A program made the translations under genes and the position numbers. The notes under the pieces are model-generated. The model saw only the letters and a program-made list of their open reading frames with translations. It ran no database searches and was not told the origin of the DNA. Source: an uncultured cyanobacterium (GTDB lineage Bacteria; Cyanobacteriota; Cyanobacteriia; PCC-9006; JAAUQQ01). From it: 64,000 nucleotides of DNA. The stretch spans positions 1,664,001 through 1,728,000 of the forward strand of contig OY970368.1 of assembly GCA_963718615.1 (NCBI GenBank), given 5' to 3'. Positions 60,412 through 64,000 of the stretch are shown here, piece by piece; the stretch's first letter is position 1; every line of letters begins with the position of its first letter.

Positions 60412-61893
60412 ATGAAACGTTCAAAACGAATTCAGCGACGCTTATTACCGCTGCTCTTTGGGATTGCCCTGGTCTTAACCACGGGGTTTCCAGGGGGGCT
60501 CTCGGCGGGGATGGCGATGACGTCTGATATGGGCTTTGATCCTGGGGCGATCGCCCAGGCCACATTGCCTGCGGATGTGAATCCCTACGAAATTGCCCCC
60601 CCTCTAGAATCTGAACCGACACCCCCGCCCCCGCCAGCGGTCCAGCCCATGCCTCAACCCGTTAGTCCTGCGGTAGGGCAAGCCGATGAGACGCTGGACC
60701 TGGAACCCTTGGTGATCCCCGATGCCTCTAGTTCCGAGGATGACCGCATCATTCCGGTTAAGCTGCCGCCCGCGTCGGTGAAGCCCACGGACCTGGAGCC
60801 CCCTCGACCGAAGTTTCCGCCCCTGCCCCGCCAGGAAATTCGCGGGGTTTGGATGACAACCAATGATATGGAGGTGTTGCTGGATCGCGATCGCCTCCGG
60901 TCCGCAGTCGATCAACTGGCCCGTCTCAATTTCAATACGATCTACCCCGTTGTCTGGAACTCCGGCTATGCGCTGCACCCTAGCCAAGTTGCCCGCCGAG
61001 TGGGGAGTCCCCAGATTTATCGCGGTCATCAAAATCAGGATCCCCTAGCAGATATTATCGACCAAGGCCATCGCGATGGACTATCGATTTTGCCCTGGTT
61101 CGAGTTTGGCTTCATGGCTCCGCCGACGTCGGAATTGGTCATGGCCCATCCCGATTGGATCACCCAAAAACGCAATGGTGAAACCACATCGGTGAGTGCT
61201 GGGGGCGAAGTGGTTTGGCTCAATCCTTTCCGACCCGAAGTGCAGAAGTTTCTCACGGATCTGGTGATGGAAGTGGTTAATCAATACGATGTCGATGGCA
61301 TTCAGTTTGATGACCATATGAGTTTGCCTCGCGATTTTGGGTATGACAGCTATACGCGATCGCTTTACAAAAAAGAAACTAATAAAGATGTCCCGGCAGA
61401 TTCCGCAGATCCAGCCTGGGTCAAGTGGCGAGCTGATAAGATTACCAACTTTATTGGCGATCTCCACGATGCGGTCAAAACCAAAAAGCCGAAGGCAATT
61501 TTATCTGTCTCCCCCAACTACCAGGATTTTGCCTATCGCTTTCACTTGCAGGATTGGTTAAATTGGGTACGTAAGGATTTTGTCGATGAAATTGTCATGC
61601 AGGTTTACCGGGCGGATTACAACAGCTTTGTGGAGATGCTAGAGCGGGCTGAAATTAAGGAGGTCAAGCAAAAGATTTCCACCGGCATTGGCATTTTGAC
61701 CGGACTACCTCGACGGCCCATTGCGATGGCGCAGATTCAGCAACAAACCCGAGCGGCCCAGCAGCGGGGACTCGGTGTGGCGTTCTTCTTCTACGAAAGT
61801 TTGTGGGAGGATTCTCCTGAATCGGTGGCTGAGCGTCAGGCGGGTTTTCAAGCGCTATTTCCGCGACCGGCTTCTCGGTTAGCGCAGCGGTAA
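60412..61893 (+). CDS. Glycoside hydrolase-like family 10 (DUF187/YddW-DigH-like) protein
   Basis: Signal peptide, Pro-rich linker, EIRGVW, PWFEFG, WLNPFRPEVQ, YDVDGIQFDDH, QDW..W. Confidence 0.88.
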   Translation: MKRSKRIQRRLLPLLFGIALVLTTGFPGGLSAGMAMTSDMGFDPGAIAQATLPADVNPYEIAPPLESEPTPPPPPAVQPMPQPVSPAVGQADETLDLEPLVIPDASSSEDDRIIPVKLPPASVKPTDLEPPRPKFPPLPRQEIRGVWMTTNDMEVLLDRDRLRSAVDQLARLNFNTIYPVVWNSGYALHPSQVARRVGSPQIYRGHQNQDPLADIIDQGHRDGLSILPWFEFGFMAPPTSELVMAHPDWITQKRNGETTSVSAGGEVVWLNPFRPEVQKFLTDLVMEVVNQYDVDGIQFDDHMSLPRDFGYDSYTRSLYKKETNKDVPADSADPAWVKWRADKITNFIGDLHDAVKTKKPKAILSVSPNYQDFAYRFHLQDWLNWVRKDFVDEIVMQVYRADYNSFVEMLERAEIKEVKQKISTGIGILTGLPRRPIAMAQIQQQTRAAQQRGLGVAFFFYESLWEDSPESVAERQAGFQALFPRPASRLAQR

Positions 61894-62511
61894 GCGTTAC
61901 AGTTATGTGAGAATGTGGCAATGCAAGAGTGAATTGCCACGCAGCTTTGGGTTGATGATGACACCTTATACTTCTTTTTGAATGTAGCTAAGAATACAAT
62001 AATCTTCTGGAGAGATGGGATGCTTGATGAGAATCGATATCAGTGCTAAACGCTCTCTGGCAAAGCTACTATGAATATTTTGCTCTAGCGGAGCCAATGT
62101 GATGGCGATCGCGCTAACATACTCATACGTATTATTTTAAGCTTTCTGGTACGGAGGTATTATGGTTGGCGATCGTTTGCTCCATTTACTGCATGAGTTG
62201 CCTATCGACTACGAGCAGCTGGCCAGAAAGGATCAAGCTCAGCAACTGGATCATCAAACACAAAACATTGATTCAAAGACAAATTTAGGAATTTTGGGCT
62301 GAAATGGGTCAGATGTACGAGAGAGTATAGGCAATATACTGATTGGCTGACGCTGCAGGATGACGATTGATGAAAATAAGAAAAAAAGTTTTATTGCCAC
62401 CAAAGTTAATAGATTGATTGTGCCAGAAGATATTTAGTCACTATCATTAGTGTTAAGTTATGGAAAAAACAATATAAATAGGGCAAATCTATCTTTGGAA
62501 GTAATTTAACT

Positions 62512-63396
62512 ATGGCAGACTCTATACTACACAAAATTTCTGGCTGTGAGAACAAATCACGCAGTGGCGATGTGGTTTTTGTTCATGGGCTAGGTGGGGA
62601 CGCTATTAAAACTTGGCATCATAATGAGAAAGCAATAGACAAAAAAGAGATACCTTCAGATTTTTGGTTAAGCTGGCTTGGTCGAGAACGCGATGATTTA
62701 GGAATTTGGTCATTGGGGTACGCATTGGCTCCCTTCGCTAGCCAAGGTGAAACAATGCCGCTAATCGACCGTGCCCGCAATGTGCTGAGTCGTTTTGGTA
62801 ATTATAAACTCGGGGAGCGCCCATTAATTTTTGTCGCTCATAGTATGGGTGGCCTACTTGTAAAACAAATGTTGCGCCAAGCAGCCGATCAACAAGAACA
62901 GAGTTGGCAACAGGTTCGCTTGAATACAAGAGGAATTATTTTTATTGCAACTCCTCATTTTGGATCACAATTAGCCAATTCTATCGAGAAGCTAGGGAAA
63001 ATTCTACCCTCTTCAGTTAGCGTAAACGAATTAATGCCCAATAATCCATATCTTCGTGATCTGAATGACTGGTATCGTGACAACTGTGAAAGTATACCAA
63101 TAAAGATTTACTTCGAAAAATACAAAACAACAAACAACAAACTTTCCTGGTTTAAGACTTTAGTGGTTGATGAAACAAGCTCTAATCCTGGAATTACAGG
63201 AGTTCGTCCTATACCTATTGATGCTGATCATTTGTCAATTTGCAGGCCTGAAAATGAAGAACGACAAATTTATATGGAAACAAGAGACTTTTTAGAAAAG
63301 CATCTCTCATCGTGTTCAAGTGTGCCACACTCAGCATCGACAGAGTTAAAGCATAACGGCCAGTTATTGAAATTGTTAACAAAAAACCCTTTCTAG
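62512..63396 (+). CDS. Alpha/beta hydrolase (PGAP1/SERAC1/SesB-like esterase), 0-frame product
   Basis: VVFVHGLGG, FVAHSMGGL (nucleophile Ser), ATPHFGS, VVD..S, DADHLSIC (His). Confidence 0.9.
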   Translation: MADSILHKISGCENKSRSGDVVFVHGLGGDAIKTWHHNEKAIDKKEIPSDFWLSWLGRERDDLGIWSLGYALAPFASQGETMPLIDRARNVLSRFGNYKLGERPLIFVAHSMGGLLVKQMLRQAADQQEQSWQQVRLNTRGIIFIATPHFGSQLANSIEKLGKILPSSVSVNELMPNNPYLRDLNDWYRDNCESIPIKIYFEKYKTTNNKLSWFKTLVVDETSSNPGITGVRPIPIDADHLSICRPENEERQIYMETRDFLEKHLSSCSSVPHSASTELKHNGQLLKLLTKNPF

Positions 63397-63437
63397 CCCC
63401 CTTAAAAAAGGCTTTTGATGAGTATTTAAGGGGGCTA
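63381..63437 (+). other. Candidate -1 programmed ribosomal frameshift cassette
   Basis: In-phase A_AAA_AAC (63381-63387), 6-nt spacer CCTTTC, 13-bp perfect stem TAGCCCCCTTAAA (63394-63406) / TTTAAGGGGGCTA (63425-63437). Confidence 0.75.
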
Positions 63438-64000
63438 CTAAAATTTCTTACAAGACCCAAAATAGTTAAATTTATCCTATTTTCCTCTATCTCTTGTGGT
63501 GGAGTATTCTTACTGCCTGACTGTGCTTTTCGTTTCGCTAACCATCTTGAACAGATGGGAGATCAGGCTGTGTTACAAAAGAATTTCCGAAAAGCACAGG
63601 AGCAATACGAGAGGGCTCAAGAAGCTTACAACTTTTCGGCAAATATGGGATTTTTGCCAGCGGCATCTCGGTGGGCATGGATTGAAGCTGAAAAAAAGCA
63701 ACCAAAATCTGCACTTAGTTATATTGAAAATTTTTCGACTAGAATAGGTAAATTAGCTAATACTAATAATTGGAAACAAGATTATTTCGAGATGAAAGTA
63801 TTTTTACTTATTGAAACTGATCAAATAAAAGAGGCAGAAGAAATCTTAGAGTTTAATATTTTAAGGCCACGAAAAAATCAAGCTGAAAAATCGAAAATCT
63901 GGTTTTTATCGGGAAAACAGTCTTATAGTTCAATTCATGCTTGTCTCACTCTGGAAATTAAAGAGAAGCAATCTAGAGAAAAAAGTGAAAATGAGATCAA
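63387..64000 (+). CDS. -1-frame continuation: hydrophobic segment plus TPR-like helical region, runs off the window
   Basis: Own translation PFLAPLKKAFDEYLRGLLKFLTRPKIVKFILFSSISCGGVFLLPDCAFRFANHLEQMGDQAVLQKNFRKAQEQYERAQ...; no stop from 63357 to 64000; first ATG only at 63555. Confidence 0.75.

Noticed and set aside
63394-63437. Hairpin read simply as an intrinsic terminator
   Set aside because: Not preferred: no U-tract follows on the + strand (CTAAAATTTC), it overlaps the stop codon and it sits at frameshift-stimulator spacing; not fully excluded
63496-63747. 83-aa ORF from the ORF track
   Set aside because: Shadow of the longer open -1 frame (63357 to window end), which the track omits because it has no stop in the window

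Overview
Cyanobacterial chromosome segment, judged from frequent HIP1 GCGATCGC sites, light-dependent por and ccmK. 1-20.9 kb is a large surface-polysaccharide cluster (Wzt C-terminus, 10 glycosyltransferases, O-acyltransferase, FkbM methyltransferase, AsnB-type amidotransferase, sulfotransferase, Wzy-like protein, WecA, WcaF). An HTH-NACHT gene and a degenerate REC-GGDEF gene follow it. 24.5-35 kb holds an SDR, accA, a DUF4394/CHRD protein with an RskA/SigK-type ECF pair, a lipoprotein, an orphan ccmK, por, a clostripain, a kinase remnant and a SnoaL protein. 35-58 kb is an accessory region bracketed by a pseudo-kinase/NarL/CHASE2-kinase/DUF928 operon and a convergent TPR-CHAT/filamentous-haemagglutinin operon. 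Inside it are secreted putative wall hydrolases, a pilB/gspE gene split by an IS1380 element and a decayed toxin-antitoxin pair. dnaG and a GHL10 hydrolase come next. The strongest new signal is at the right edge. An alpha/beta-hydrolase gene ends in an in-phase A_AAA_AAC slippery heptamer, a 6-nt spacer and a perfect 13-bp hairpin, and the -1 frame stays open to the window end (hydrophobic segment plus TPR-like helices). This is a candidate programmed -1 ribosomal frameshift giving a free hydrolase and a longer hydrolase fusion. All family calls come from motif recognition by eye, not database searches.
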